Part shown: positions 9,791 through 19,075 of the stretch, one piece after another
Position numbering within the stretch: the stretch's first letter is position 1
Layout: every line of letters begins with the position of its first letter
Virus record (IMG/VR): IMGVR_UViG_3300042934_000426
Location: 1-64,000 of that record
DNA from: a virus
DNA: 64,000 nucleotides
Reading direction: 5' to 3' (one strand)
Notes under the pieces: model-generated
The model's input: only the letters and a program-made list of their open reading frames with translations
Database searches by the model: none
What the model was told of the DNA's origin: nothing
Translations under genes and position numbers: made by a program

Positions 9791-9866
9791 TCCATTATAG
9801 CCTTGTCTATATATTCTGTTAAATACAAATAAAAAAGCCCAGGGCATATGCCCCAGGCTTCGGAAG

Positions 9867-10142
9867 TTAGTCTATTGTATATCTCAAGGAATATCTCTCC
9901 CGCTTCGTTCTGTCTCTTGCTTTATCTCCGAAGGCTACAAATACTTCATTTTCGTTGTTCGGAATCACGACGACTTCCATACCCATGTATTCATATAGGT
10001 CACCGACATTTCCACCTACTAGTAAGCGGACGCTTTGTACCAGTTCAATGTAGGCATATTCGCTTAGTACTAGCACCTTCGGCTCATGTGCTTTCTTTGC
10101 TCGGTATTCGTCTAGCTCCTGAGTAATGATACGCTCTAACAT
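9867..10142 (-). CDS. Hypothetical protein
   Basis: ORF followed by a terminator hairpin (9831-9860). Confidence 0.6.
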   Translation of the reverse strand: MLERIITQELDEYRAKKAHEPKVLVLSEYAYIELVQSVRLLVGGNVGDLYEYMGMEVVVIPNNENEVFVAFGDKARDRTKRERYSLRYTID

Positions 10143-10159
10143 GGTAGCACTTTCCTTTC

Positions 10160-11263
10160 CTATTGATTCGTTCGTTTTCTTAATTTTGTGACAAGCTTAC
10201 CCGCTTTTTCTCTTACTGGGTTTGTAAATTGCTTACTGTGATTGGTTTCTAGAAGGGAAGTAATGATGATTTCAAACTCTTCGATGGTTAGTTCCCCTAC
10301 ATTGACCTTCGGTACTTTATCTACTAAGAGTATTTTTTCTACACTCTCAACTCTAAATAAAGCCGTGTCAACAATCTTCATTCCTTTACCCATTTCTGTG
10401 TTTGCGCTGATTTGTCCCCTATCCTTTGTATCAAAGGCTTGTAAGTACCCTGTTATTTTTAATTTGACCCATGGCTTACCCGCTTCGAAGCCTGTAATCG
10501 TAATAAGCCCTGGGTGGTGGACTTTGGCGTTAATAATACCGACACAAAATCCGTATAGCTGTAAGCCTTCAAGTGGTACGACTACATGGTCTTCGTTGGT
10601 CTTTAATTGTAGGATTCGTTCCGCGAAGGTCGGGATAGCTCTAGCGTCGTCTATCACTTCGAATGTTTCGTTCATGGTTAGTTGAACAATCGTTTCTTTC
10701 AGGTGTATGCTTCCGTTAATCGTGACGTCAATTAGTGTAATCGTTTGCTTCGATTTCATTGGAATTCCTCTCTCCTTCGGTTCAATGGTATAGGTGTTTG
10801 CGGTTGGTGATACAACGATGGGAATAAACCCGAATCGTCTTACATACTCACGTTGCATAGGGTATTTCATTCTCGTATCACCCAGGTACTTCGCCCAGGC
10901 TTCGGGTAATCGTAGTTGAAGGTTATTGAGCTCATTCGTCGTTTTTTGTTGTAGCTCTCCCATCAACGCCTGAGTACTACCTTCCCAGGTGTCTTCTTCC
11001 GCTTCCTTATATTCTACATGCCAGCCGTTAATATCCACGTCCATGAGTATCGGGATGTCGACCATACGCTCTTCACCTACGACGTCCGCACACCAAAATA
11101 GCGCGCTCTTCATGGCTGGGTATCCCTTGCTTCGGAAGTGCCCACACTTCACTTTTATCTCACTATGCAAACCAGGATTGACCCATATCGTTTTCGCCTT
11201 TCGTGGGTCTTCGATTGCCCACATATCCGCTTCGAATTCGCTTAATTGATTACTTTTACTCAC
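10160..11263 (-). CDS. Hypothetical protein (possible fusion of two genes)
   Basis: 367-aa ORF with an internal RBS plus in-frame ATG near 10759. Confidence 0.6.
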   Translation of the reverse strand: MSKSNQLSEFEADMWAIEDPRKAKTIWVNPGLHSEIKVKCGHFRSKGYPAMKSALFWCADVVGEERMVDIPILMDVDINGWHVEYKEAEEDTWEGSTQALMGELQQKTTNELNNLQLRLPEAWAKYLGDTRMKYPMQREYVRRFGFIPIVVSPTANTYTIEPKERGIPMKSKQTITLIDVTINGSIHLKETIVQLTMNETFEVIDDARAIPTFAERILQLKTNEDHVVVPLEGLQLYGFCVGIINAKVHHPGLITITGFEAGKPWVKLKITGYLQAFDTKDRGQISANTEMGKGMKIVDTALFRVESVEKILLVDKVPKVNVGELTIEEFEIIITSLLETNHSKQFTNPVREKAGKLVTKLRKRTNQ

Positions 11264-11736
11264 CAGCTAATCACTCCTTCGTTTAATTGTACATGCTCTT
11301 GTTCAACTCCCGCTGGGATGTAGCCTACGTGTACCAGCTCCGCTTGTGTCCAGAATCCCTTTGCATAAGCTCCCGCTATTCGTGCCTTTCGCATTTCACT
11401 GGCATAGCCTTGTTGACCGAAGCGTTCCACCTTCGATTCTCGTACACTCTTAATCTTTCGTATCATGTGGTCAGTTTGGTGTTTACTCGCCTTATAGTAG
11501 TAACGGGTAAAGCCGTCACTCACCCGCTTCGGTTCTCCTTTATGACACGTTAACACGTTATACATATACTTCAGGTGCTTTTTCCCTGGATGGTCGCTGA
11601 TTCGAATACTATTGCACACCCCGAAGTCCAGCTTCAGGTAGACGCTGTTTGTGCTGTAGGCGTCATACCGCTGTATCGTAAAGCCTTCGGCTGATAAGTC
11701 ACTTACCAGCCTGTCAGCGATTTGCTCGATACTCAT
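11260..11736 (-). CDS. Conserved phage hypothetical protein
   Basis: STNSVYLKLD...SIRISDH motif. Confidence 0.65.
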   Translation of the reverse strand: MSIEQIADRLVSDLSAEGFTIQRYDAYSTNSVYLKLDFGVCNSIRISDHPGKKHLKYMYNVLTCHKGEPKRVSDGFTRYYYKASKHQTDHMIRKIKSVRESKVERFGQQGYASEMRKARIAGAYAKGFWTQAELVHVGYIPAGVEQEHVQLNEGVISW

Positions 11737-11944
11737 TTATAATCCACCCTTACCAGCTTAATAAGGTCTTCGATAAGCTCATTCAGCTCTTCCTCTCGCT
11801 GATTTAGTACGCCCCTGGCACTCTCCCTTACAAAAGGATTAGATAGTTGTGCCACGGTGTAGTCATAACCTTCCATTCGATTACCCAGCCAGCGAAGCTT
11901 TTCCATTAGTTTATGATTATTTGTATAAATTGGTTTGTCTATGT

Positions 11945-12163
11945 TCATTCCCCATCCTCTTCCATTCCCTGAAGCTCCTGGCGAAGGCTCTTCACATATT
12001 CTTCTCGTACGCTCTTCGGTGCATAGTCTAGTTGAGTTTCCCCACAGCACGGGCATATATCAGGCTCACGATTCGCTTGGGATAGTAACGGAACAATAAA
12101 CCCACAATCCTTTACCTTGCATTGTAAAAAATACCGCATATAAATACTTTTCTCCCAACCCAT
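11945..12163 (-). CDS. Small zinc-finger protein
   Basis: CKVKDC...CPCC. Confidence 0.5.
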   Translation of the reverse strand: MGWEKSIYMRYFLQCKVKDCGFIVPLLSQANREPDICPCCGETQLDYAPKSVREEYVKSLRQELQGMEEDGE

Positions 12164-12407
12164 TACCCTCTCGCCCCCTGTATATTATCAATTAACCAAT
12201 TCAGGTTTTCAGCTATGTTTCCCGCTGGGTTATTCAACATTTCTTCCAGCTCTTTCACAATCTTATCCAATAAAATGTCACGGTCTTTTATGTCCGATTC
12301 GAGCGACTGAATCTTACAATGAGAACACACGCGACTGTCCCACATGTGGGCACGGGTGCAACGCTTACCATTTCGTTGTTCTTCTAATATTTCGTCCCAT
12401 GTTTTCA

Positions 12408-12764
12408 TCAGCTTCGCTCCTTTTTCATCATGAAGAATCCTAGCCACGTTTGACCTTCGGGTGTATTCAGCCAGTCGGTCACCGTCTTCGAACCGTTCGC
12501 TCGCTTAATGATTCCCATACGTTTCATAAGGCTAATCGGAATCATGACCGTCCTGGTTTCTTCCATGCCCAATTCCAGGGTTGTATCGCTTTCAGCCGTT
12601 ACCCTTAGGAAGCTCACTTTTGTTTCAAATAATCCCATGCCAACAAACATGACCTTCGCTTGTATGGTTATGATATCAGGCGTGATTCGATTGAATTCCT
12701 GACGTGCCTTCGCCACCTGTTCTTTTACGGTTGGTTGCCATATGAATGAATAATCTTTTATCAT
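12408..12764 (-). CDS. Hypothetical protein
   Basis: GGAGCTGG RBS. Confidence 0.6.
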   Translation of the reverse strand: MIKDYSFIWQPTVKEQVAKARQEFNRITPDIITIQAKVMFVGMGLFETKVSFLRVTAESDTTLELGMEETRTVMIPISLMKRMGIIKRANGSKTVTDWLNTPEGQTWLGFFMMKKERS

Positions 12765-12776
12765 TTTCCCCAGCTC

Positions 12777-12965
12777 CTATTCCATTGTTTTTAATCGAAT
12801 TCGTACCAGCACCCGAAGGAGCCTAGGCGGTTGTTCGTCAGGGTTCCATCCTTTGCGTACCTTGTACCGAATGACCGCCTTTTTTAGCATATCGTCATAT
12901 AATCCGTAACAAAATAACATGAACATCATTCCGACTATGAGTAGTGCTATCGCTAGTGCTCCCAT
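12777..12965 (-). CDS. Small membrane protein
   Basis: Hydrophobic N-terminus; GGAGCTG RBS. Confidence 0.55.
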   Translation of the reverse strand: MGALAIALLIVGMMFMLFCYGLYDDMLKKAVIRYKVRKGWNPDEQPPRLLRVLVRIRLKTME

Positions 12966-12977
12966 GCTGTCAGCTCC

Positions 12978-14042
12978 TTATTCTCCTAAGTATTCAATGA
13001 TAGCTTCTTCAGGATTGTCGAGATAGCTTCCGATATGCTCTTCAGGAATTCCCTTCGACTTTAAGTACTCCATGCAAGCGTCAAACTCGCTAACGTGTAC
13101 ACATATCGAAGGTAATTCGGAATTACCCACTTTTACCACTCCGTCTAGCATAGCGTCCAGGGCGTTTAGTGTGAGCTTGTGTAGGGTCATACTCTTCGGA
13201 AGTGTAGTTTCATCCACCAGAGGGTCAGGAATCTTCTTCTTCAGGGTCTTTGTGACCACCTTCGGAAGCATTTTGTTTAGGGTCTTCCGTTCTTCCTTCG
13301 CTTGCTGAGTGAATCCCCTGGATGTGGAATTATTCGCCTGTCGTGCCGTGGGTGCGTCGCTCTCTAGTTTAATATGAGCGGGACACCATTCAGGCTCTCC
13401 GTACTTCGCTTTATAACGTACGAAGTTAAAGTAGTCTTCGATAGGTTTTTCTTCGTGCATAGCGACCACCAGGTCTAGAAGCGCTAGCGTGTCGTAATAC
13501 GCGCTATGCGCGTTGTCTAGGGGTATACCCATCTTACGGCACATATCGCCTAATTTATGCGGGAATGGGCTTCTCTCACGGGCAATCGTGAGCGGGTCAA
13601 TCAGGTCGAAGCCTAATTCATCTAAATGATTGTATCGATGGTCATAGATGGTTCCAGGATAATGCTCTTCGTGCACGTCATTTCGACGATACATAGAATC
13701 CAAAAACGATAGGTCAAACAATCCATTATACGCAATCAGGGTGTCATTTCCGAAGAACGTATCTAAAATAGTCAAAACACACGATTCGGTCAAAGGTGCC
13801 CCATTGACATCCGCTGTGGTGTGACCCGTAATTTTGGTGGTAATGGCTGGTAGTTCGCCTTCGTAATACACTAGGCTATTGAACATGGCAACAGGCTGAG
13901 ACTTCCGAACCTTAATCGCGCACACTTCAATAATTCGGTCACTTCGGAAGTTTAATCCAGTTGTTTCGACATCGAAGAAGGTTGCGTTAATTCCTCCGTC
14001 GAAGGTGCGTTGTTTACGTGCTTCGAATAGTTCTGAGTTCAT
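12978..14042 (-). CDS. DEDDh 3'-5' exonuclease (DNA Pol III epsilon-like)
   Basis: FFDVETTG, AYNxxFD, HSAxYD motifs; RBS GGAGGA at the 14042 start. Confidence 0.88.
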   Translation of the reverse strand: MNSELFEARKQRTFDGGINATFFDVETTGLNFRSDRIIEVCAIKVRKSQPVAMFNSLVYYEGELPAITTKITGHTTADVNGAPLTESCVLTILDTFFGNDTLIAYNGLFDLSFLDSMYRRNDVHEEHYPGTIYDHRYNHLDELGFDLIDPLTIARERSPFPHKLGDMCRKMGIPLDNAHSAYYDTLALLDLVVAMHEEKPIEDYFNFVRYKAKYGEPEWCPAHIKLESDAPTARQANNSTSRGFTQQAKEERKTLNKMLPKVVTKTLKKKIPDPLVDETTLPKSMTLHKLTLNALDAMLDGVVKVGNSELPSICVHVSEFDACMEYLKSKGIPEEHIGSYLDNPEEAIIEYLGE

Positions 14043-14044
14043 GA

Positions 14045-14377
14045 TTATTCGTCCTCCTGTACTTCCATAATGTTTACATCTACGTATGCCCCGCACTCCA
14101 TACACTCAAATAATCCCATCGTACCTAAATCCATATCTGCTATGTTTTTACCACATCGGGGACAAAAATTGATATGACCCTCCTCCCATTGCTCTTCCGT
14201 ACATAAAGGCTCGACAAGAAAAGGCGCATAGTCTAGATTTGTACCGACTAACACACTAGTCTTGGCTATCTTAATGGCTTCCTCTTGTGTTACTTCTTTT
14301 GATGTTTCAGCCGTTATCGTAACGGTGTGCCCCTTCGATTGGGCTTTGATTCGATAAATCATTTTTTCTTCGCTCAT
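14045..14377 (-). CDS. Zinc-ribbon protein
   Basis: FCPRCG...CMECG; own SigA-like promoter upstream. Confidence 0.6.
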   Translation of the reverse strand: MSEEKMIYRIKAQSKGHTVTITAETSKEVTQEEAIKIAKTSVLVGTNLDYAPFLVEPLCTEEQWEEGHINFCPRCGKNIADMDLGTMGLFECMECGAYVDVNIMEVQEDE

Positions 14378-14487
14378 ACCATCCAGCTCCTTTTCTCTTT
14401 TTGATATCGTTCATCATTGTTCATAGTATATCACACTTGTTCAATAACATGCAAATAAAAAAGCTGGGCTTTCGCCCAGCCTTTACC

Positions 14488-14730
14488 TTACGGTTGAAAG
14501 ATGTAAGCTAACGTCGCATACCCATACATCAAAGCGAATAGCACGATAGGCGCAAGTATCATAAGCCCTACCATTTCCCACTGGCGAGACTTCGAAGCCT
14601 TTTGGTCTTGAAGCATAAGTGTGTGACGCTCTTCCCGCTCTCTTCGTAATCGGTCGTTCAAACTTTCGTGGTACGTGGCTTCCCTGGCTAATGGTTGTAT
14701 AGTGCGTTCTTTACGGATAATCGTTGGCAT
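14488..14730 (-). CDS. Small membrane protein
   Basis: C-terminal transmembrane segment. Confidence 0.55.
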   Translation of the reverse strand: MPTIIRKERTIQPLAREATYHESLNDRLRREREERHTLMLQDQKASKSRQWEMVGLMILAPIVLFALMYGYATLAYIFQP

Positions 14731-14731
14731 G

Positions 14732-15208
14732 TTAGTTGTGCTCCTTTATCATTCGTATTTGAATGTGTAGTTTTCGTGCCCAATCAATATCGCTCGCTAG
14801 TAAGGCTACGTCTAATAGTTCCGATAAGAATCGAAGGTGTTCTTCGTTTGTATACCCACCGACGAATTCTCGGCTGGACGTAAATTCGAGCTCCTTGTAT
14901 TCCGCTTCGGTTAGTTTCTTCGGGTCAATGACAACAGGTTTACGTGGCTTGCGAACACGTTTGCCCGTGGTCTTGCTGACCATTACGTCTTCGATTTCAA
15001 TACCACTTAGATTACAAGCCCCAGCCAGCCACTCTTCAGTCATTCGTATAGCCGTGTGATAGTCGCCTTTGGCTTTAATCACTGTATTCATAGCCTTCAC
15101 TGTGTGTAATCCGAATTCGGTTTTTAACGCTATCAAAATAGCCCTACACTTACCACACATATTGTATAACTTCGTATCGTTCTTTCCATGACACGCTTCA
15201 CATTGCAT
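14732..15208 (-). CDS. Hypothetical protein (N-terminal zinc finger, C-terminal IDEAL-like motif)
   Basis: CEAC...CGKC; LLDVALLASDIDW. Confidence 0.6.
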   Translation of the reverse strand: MQCEACHGKNDTKLYNMCGKCRAILIALKTEFGLHTVKAMNTVIKAKGDYHTAIRMTEEWLAGACNLSGIEIEDVMVSKTTGKRVRKPRKPVVIDPKKLTEAEYKELEFTSSREFVGGYTNEEHLRFLSELLDVALLASDIDWARKLHIQIRMIKEHN

Positions 15209-15265
15209 GCTTCCAGCTCCTTTTTATTTTATGACCTGGGAGCATAGCCCCCAGGCTTCGGAATG

Positions 15266-15955
15266 TTATAGATTACGGTTACGACGTTCACGCATTAATA
15301 AGGTTAGTTGAGCGTCCAGGTTCATAATTTCGGATTCAATTTCTTCGTCGCTCATAGTCGAATGGTTACGGTCTATTCTTTGGTTAGCCACCAGCCATTT
15401 GTTCACGCCTTGCTCGACCATTTCGTCTATATCACTTACCAGCATGAATTCTCTTGCATGATGAAGGTCAAGAAGGTCTTCGCCTTCTTTTTTCCATTCG
15501 AAGTCAATTTCCAGTTCCCCTTCTTGTGCGTCTTCGAAGTTAATGATGTTGGTCATCGTTTGGCGAATGTCAAAGTTGCTTACGTCTTCAGCCGTGTACT
15601 CACCGTCACGAATCAATTCAACCAGGTAATCTTTCAGGCTGTCAATATCTTCAAACGTACGTCCTGTGTCTTCGACTTTGTATTCGTATTCGTCCGTCGT
15701 GCCTTCGTAGGCGTCGCCAATGTACGGCTCATTTCGATTAAACGTAAAGCGGAAGTGGTCTTGAATGTTCGAGATAACCTCTCCTACCACATTGTATAAC
15801 GCGACGGACTTCTCTTCGAAATCTTTTGGACTGATTCCATTATCAGCCATGTAACCGTCTAGGATGGTCATAATCTCACCAATGTCAGTCCCTATGCCTT
15901 GCACCTTCCCGTCAATCGTCACCATCATTCTACCCCATACTGTTTTCTTTTCCAT
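15266..15955 (-). CDS. Acidic hypothetical early protein
   Basis: 229 aa, very D/E-rich; GGAGCTGG RBS. Confidence 0.7.
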   Translation of the reverse strand: MEKKTVWGRMMVTIDGKVQGIGTDIGEIMTILDGYMADNGISPKDFEEKSVALYNVVGEVISNIQDHFRFTFNRNEPYIGDAYEGTTDEYEYKVEDTGRTFEDIDSLKDYLVELIRDGEYTAEDVSNFDIRQTMTNIINFEDAQEGELEIDFEWKKEGEDLLDLHHAREFMLVSDIDEMVEQGVNKWLVANQRIDRNHSTMSDEEIESEIMNLDAQLTLLMRERRNRNL

Positions 15956-16041
15956 GTTTACCAGCTCCTACTATTTTTCTAGCGGTTTAAGAATCCCGCT
16001 GAATCGGAAACCCTCTTCGAAGGTTCCCTGTTCAACCGTCC
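15956..16041 (-). other. Conserved intergenic RNA hairpin element, copy 1 (RNase III-like site plus 5' hairpin)
   Basis: TTGAA...stem-loop...TTCAG-CGG..CCGCT, A tract, GGAGCTGG; repeated at 16789 and 18992. Confidence 0.55.
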
Positions 16042-16410
16042 TTATGCCTGAAGCACGCGGATATGTGCCCCGTAACCTGGGTCTAACATGACTACGTGAA
16101 CGATAACGTATAACCACTTCAATTCGTTTAATCGGTCATAGTGGTATTGGTCAAAACCTGGAAGGTCTTTTAAGACGTTCACAGTGGTAATGAAGCACAA
16201 TCCCAGCTCTAGTCTTGACGCTTCCCGCTCCCCGAAGACCGCTTCGGCTAGGTTCCGCATACGCCAGCCGTTGAGCGGGTAAGTGGCTTCGTATCTTTGG
16301 TTATGACCATACACAACGCCTTTGCGCTTGCCTTCGGTGTCCCAGGCTTCCTGGAATCCTTCGTCTACTTTCATCATGTGGTACGGGCTCGGCTCAATTA
16401 TTTTAATCAT
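16042..16410 (-). CDS. Hypothetical early protein
   Basis: Directly downstream of promoter cassette 16411-16500. Confidence 0.65.
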   Translation of the reverse strand: MIKIIEPSPYHMMKVDEGFQEAWDTEGKRKGVVYGHNQRYEATYPLNGWRMRNLAEAVFGEREASRLELGLCFITTVNVLKDLPGFDQYHYDRLNELKWLYVIVHVVMLDPGYGAHIRVLQA

Positions 16411-16500
16411 AGTTGTACAGCTCCTTTGAGTTTTGTTTTAGGGAAGGTAGCACCCTTCCCTCATACTTAACATACATACGCCAATTACTTTTCTCTACGC
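16411..16500 (-). promoter_or_regulatory. Repeated promoter-hairpin-RBS cassette
   Basis: GCGTAGAGAAAA..GGCGTATGTATGTTAAGTATGAGGG-hairpin-A tract-GGAGCTG. Confidence 0.8.
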
Positions 16501-16773
16501 TTGCTTTTTGGCGTAGTATTCTTTCACTTGGTTCAAGTGCCAGCGAAGGTCACTTTCCAGGTTATACGATTGAAATACAATACCACCACCGAACCACTTC
16601 GCACGGTACTTTGTAAGCTTCGGAATTCTCCCATAATCAGCCAGCTTAATTCCCAATGATAGGAAATGCACCACATAGCGGGCGTTTCCGTTAACATCAT
16701 AATTAATTTTATGATAGCCGATTTCCTCACCATCTAAGGTAATGTACTTCTTTGGGTATTTTGCGTTTGACAT
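16495..16773 (-). CDS. Hypothetical early protein
   Basis: RBS-supported ATG at 16773; ends GCG TAG inside the next cassette. Confidence 0.7.
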   Translation of the reverse strand: MSNAKYPKKYITLDGEEIGYHKINYDVNGNARYVVHFLSLGIKLADYGRIPKLTKYRAKWFGGGIVFQSYNLESDLRWHLNQVKEYYAKKQA

Positions 16774-16788
16774 ATTGACCAGCTCCAC

Positions 16789-16877
16789 TTCTCTTTTTAT
16801 TTTTAGCGGGATTTAACCGCTGATTTCCGACGCCCTTCGGAACACGATAAGTTCCGAAGAGTGCCAGCCTATCAGGA
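16789..16877 (-). other. Conserved intergenic RNA hairpin element, copy 2
   Basis: CTGAT...ATCAG basal stem (covaries with TTGAA/TTCAG), then AGCGG..CCGCT. Confidence 0.55.
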
Positions 16878-17303
16878 TTAAATACTTGTGATTCCAGGTA
16901 CACCGTGTTTCTTGCAAAGGACTTCGAATTCCCGTGTGGTTAGGTAATAGTACAGGTCGGATTCTTTCGAGCCTGGTTCACCTTTGTACGTTTCACCACA
17001 ATTTTCGAACCAGCCTTTCATGGTTTGGTGAATCGGGTAGTATTCGTATTGTACGCTGAAGCAAGAAGGAAGCCCTAAAATCCAACTCTTAAAAGCTTCG
17101 TAGCGGTTAGGTGTTTGCTTCTGCTCGTATGGGCTATACCAATTTTTGAATTCGTCGATTACGATTTGTAATTGTGTAGTTACCAGGTTTTCTTCCGTTG
17201 TTTGAATATCATACCCGCTTTCGATTTCTGCTTCGTCTAACATGATGTTCATTACGTGCTCCTGTACGAATCCCTTGAATACCTTTTTTGTTGTGATTGC
17301 CAT
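16878..17303 (-). CDS. Hypothetical early protein
   Basis: RBS-supported ATG at 17303. Confidence 0.7.
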   Translation of the reverse strand: MAITTKKVFKGFVQEHVMNIMLDEAEIESGYDIQTTEENLVTTQLQIVIDEFKNWYSPYEQKQTPNRYEAFKSWILGLPSCFSVQYEYYPIHQTMKGWFENCGETYKGEPGSKESDLYYYLTTREFEVLCKKHGVPGITSI

Positions 17304-17383
17304 TTTCAACCAGCTCCTTAGTTTTTGTTTGGGGCTCTCACCCTCATTACTACCATACATACGGCTTTTATTTTTCTCTACGC
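17304..17383 (-). promoter_or_regulatory. Repeated promoter-hairpin-RBS cassette
   Basis: GCGTAGAGAAAAATAAAAGCCGTATGTATGGTAGTAATGAGGG...GGAGCTGG. Confidence 0.8.
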
Positions 17384-17536
17384 TTTGATTTCTTCGACGA
17401 TTTCTTCCGTTTCAGCATTGCGAATCATGATGGTTTTGTTTTCTTCTTCGTAAACCATTTTTGCAACCCGTCGAGCGGTTTCGATGTCCTCAAATGTTCC
17501 CCAGGTATAAACGTATGTGCAAACTCGATATTTCAT
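17378..17536 (-). CDS. Small hypothetical protein (52 aa, not in the ORF track)
   Basis: MKYRVCTYVYTWG...EEIKA*; GGAGCTGG RBS and own promoter. Confidence 0.65.
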   Translation of the reverse strand: MKYRVCTYVYTWGTFEDIETARRVAKMVYEEENKTIMIRNAETEEIVEEIKA

Positions 17537-17617
17537 TGTGACCAGCTCCTTCGTTACTTTTAGTATAACCGATATTGAACAACTTTGAACAACGTAAATC
17601 CTGGAAAAGCCAACGCA

Positions 17618-18016
17618 TTACGCGTCGGCTCTCTCACAGTACATAATACCTATGCTTCCATCCGCTTCGTGCTGACCAATGTAATACTGACCAGGTAAGG
17701 AAGTGTGTTTGTTCAGGTGAACAGCCAGCTCTTCACAAATGATGTCGTACTTCTCGATGACGCGTTCCAATCCGTTTTTAGTCGGTGCGGAAGAGCCTGT
17801 GATTTCTCGGTTAAAAAGTTCGGTCGCAAATTGCCCGTGTGCTCCGCTGACTATATCCATTGCCCATACCGTATACAACCCTTCTTCGTTTGGTTGTTCG
17901 TCTTCGTCACGCAACCAGTTAATAAATCCGCTTACTTGTAAGTCCATGTTCTTTTGTCCTTCTTTTCCAACGTTGACTAGGTACCACTCTTCGATTAATG
18001 TGTTTAATGATTTCAT
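17618..18016 (-). CDS. Hypothetical early protein
   Basis: Start reassigned to the RBS-supported ATG at 18016. Confidence 0.65.
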   Translation of the reverse strand: MKSLNTLIEEWYLVNVGKEGQKNMDLQVSGFINWLRDEDEQPNEEGLYTVWAMDIVSGAHGQFATELFNREITGSSAPTKNGLERVIEKYDIICEELAVHLNKHTSLPGQYYIGQHEADGSIGIMYCERADA

Positions 18017-18019
18017 GTG

Positions 18020-18115
18020 TTCCAGCTCTCCTTTGATTTGTTTTAGGAGCGGGGGCTGATAGCCAGCACGCTCCCTCATACTTACCATACATACGCCTTT
18101 CATTTTCCTCTACGC
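18020..18115 (-). promoter_or_regulatory. Repeated promoter-hairpin-RBS cassette
   Basis: GCGTAGAGGAAAATGAAAGGCGTATGTATGGTAAGTATGAGGGAGC...GCTCC. Confidence 0.8.
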
Positions 18116-18297
18116 TTATTTATTTCCTCTTTACGCTCGGCTCTTGCTATTGCTATTTCTTGTTCTAATTGGAGCTTCACACTTCGAAGCTCCTTTATGT
18201 CAGCCATTCTAGTACGATTGTTGAGCCGATAAGCAATCGAATGGTTAATTGATTCGATTAATAGGTACTTTTGGCTGTTTGTCAATTCCATTACCAT
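18100..18297 (-). CDS. Small coiled-coil hypothetical protein
   Basis: ORF reads into the next cassette's promoter. Confidence 0.55.
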   Translation of the reverse strand: MVMELTNSQKYLLIESINHSIAYRLNNRTRMADIKELRSVKLQLEQEIAIARAERKEEINKRRGK

Positions 18298-18310
18298 TAC
18301 GTCCTTTCGT

Positions 18311-18991
18311 TTAGAAATGCGGGTCATAGTAGCGTCTAGCACTTCCGAAGCTCACTTTTAAATTACAAGGCGTTTTCCACATCCCTAATTTGGTCTTCCG
18401 AACCGTGTGAGTATTACCATTCGGATTTGAAGTGTATTCATATTCAGCCGTTCCGTCGTGCTCTGTGCCTTTGGTGATTTTCCAATCCATAGATTGAATC
18501 GTAACCGTCTTCCCGCTTGGGCTTACTTTAATGACTTCGTACGGGGCACAATCCGAAAGGTAGTAGCCCGTGGCTTTCATACCCACGGTTACGTCATGTG
18601 GTACGCTTCCTTTCTTCGGTGTCATTTCAATCCAGCCTTCCGAAGAATCCCCGAAGTAGTAATATGTGCCATTGATTCGAATAATATCGCTGGTGCTGAT
18701 AGAACGTCCTTTGAATCCGAAGTGAGATTGCATGACTTCCCTGGACTGTCTTTCTGCTGGTGAATTCGTCAGCTCGTAGAATTTCCAAAGTAGGTTCTCA
18801 TTTGTTTCAGGCTTCGTATAGAATAACACCGCACCGTCAATATTGCTTTCACCGAATACCACTTCGTACGCTTTCATATCGTAGGCGTTGCGGTCTTGCC
18901 CAGCGTGCTCTTCCATAAATTCTAGGCTCATAAATCCGTGTTCTCTTGTCATGCCTTGCTTCACTTGGAATACCGTTACTAATGTTGTCAT
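18311..18991 (-). CDS. YodL-like domain protein with an extra C-terminal domain
   Basis: VFQ...FMSLE...YEVVF...FKGRSISTSDII...YYYFGDS.GW matches the YodL-like pattern. Confidence 0.6.
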   Translation of the reverse strand: MTTLVTVFQVKQGMTREHGFMSLEFMEEHAGQDRNAYDMKAYEVVFGESNIDGAVLFYTKPETNENLLWKFYELTNSPAERQSREVMQSHFGFKGRSISTSDIIRINGTYYYFGDSSEGWIEMTPKKGSVPHDVTVGMKATGYYLSDCAPYEVIKVSPSGKTVTIQSMDWKITKGTEHDGTAEYEYTSNPNGNTHTVRKTKLGMWKTPCNLKVSFGSARRYYDPHF

Positions 18992-19075
18992 GTTTACCAG
19001 CTCCTATTTATTTGTTCTAGCGGTTAGTCACCGCTGAATTCCCCGCCTTCCGAAGAAGGCGAAGTGTTCAACCTA
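18992..19075 (-). other. Conserved intergenic RNA hairpin element, copy 3
   Basis: GGTTGAACA...ATTCAGCGG..CCGCTAGAA...GGAGCTGGTAAACATG. Confidence 0.55.

Noticed and set aside
16461-16480. Plus-strand CATACA in the cassettes as a SigE/SigK -10
   Set aside because: It would point antisense to every gene and lacks a correctly spaced -35; the hairpin and RBS polarity support the minus-strand reading.
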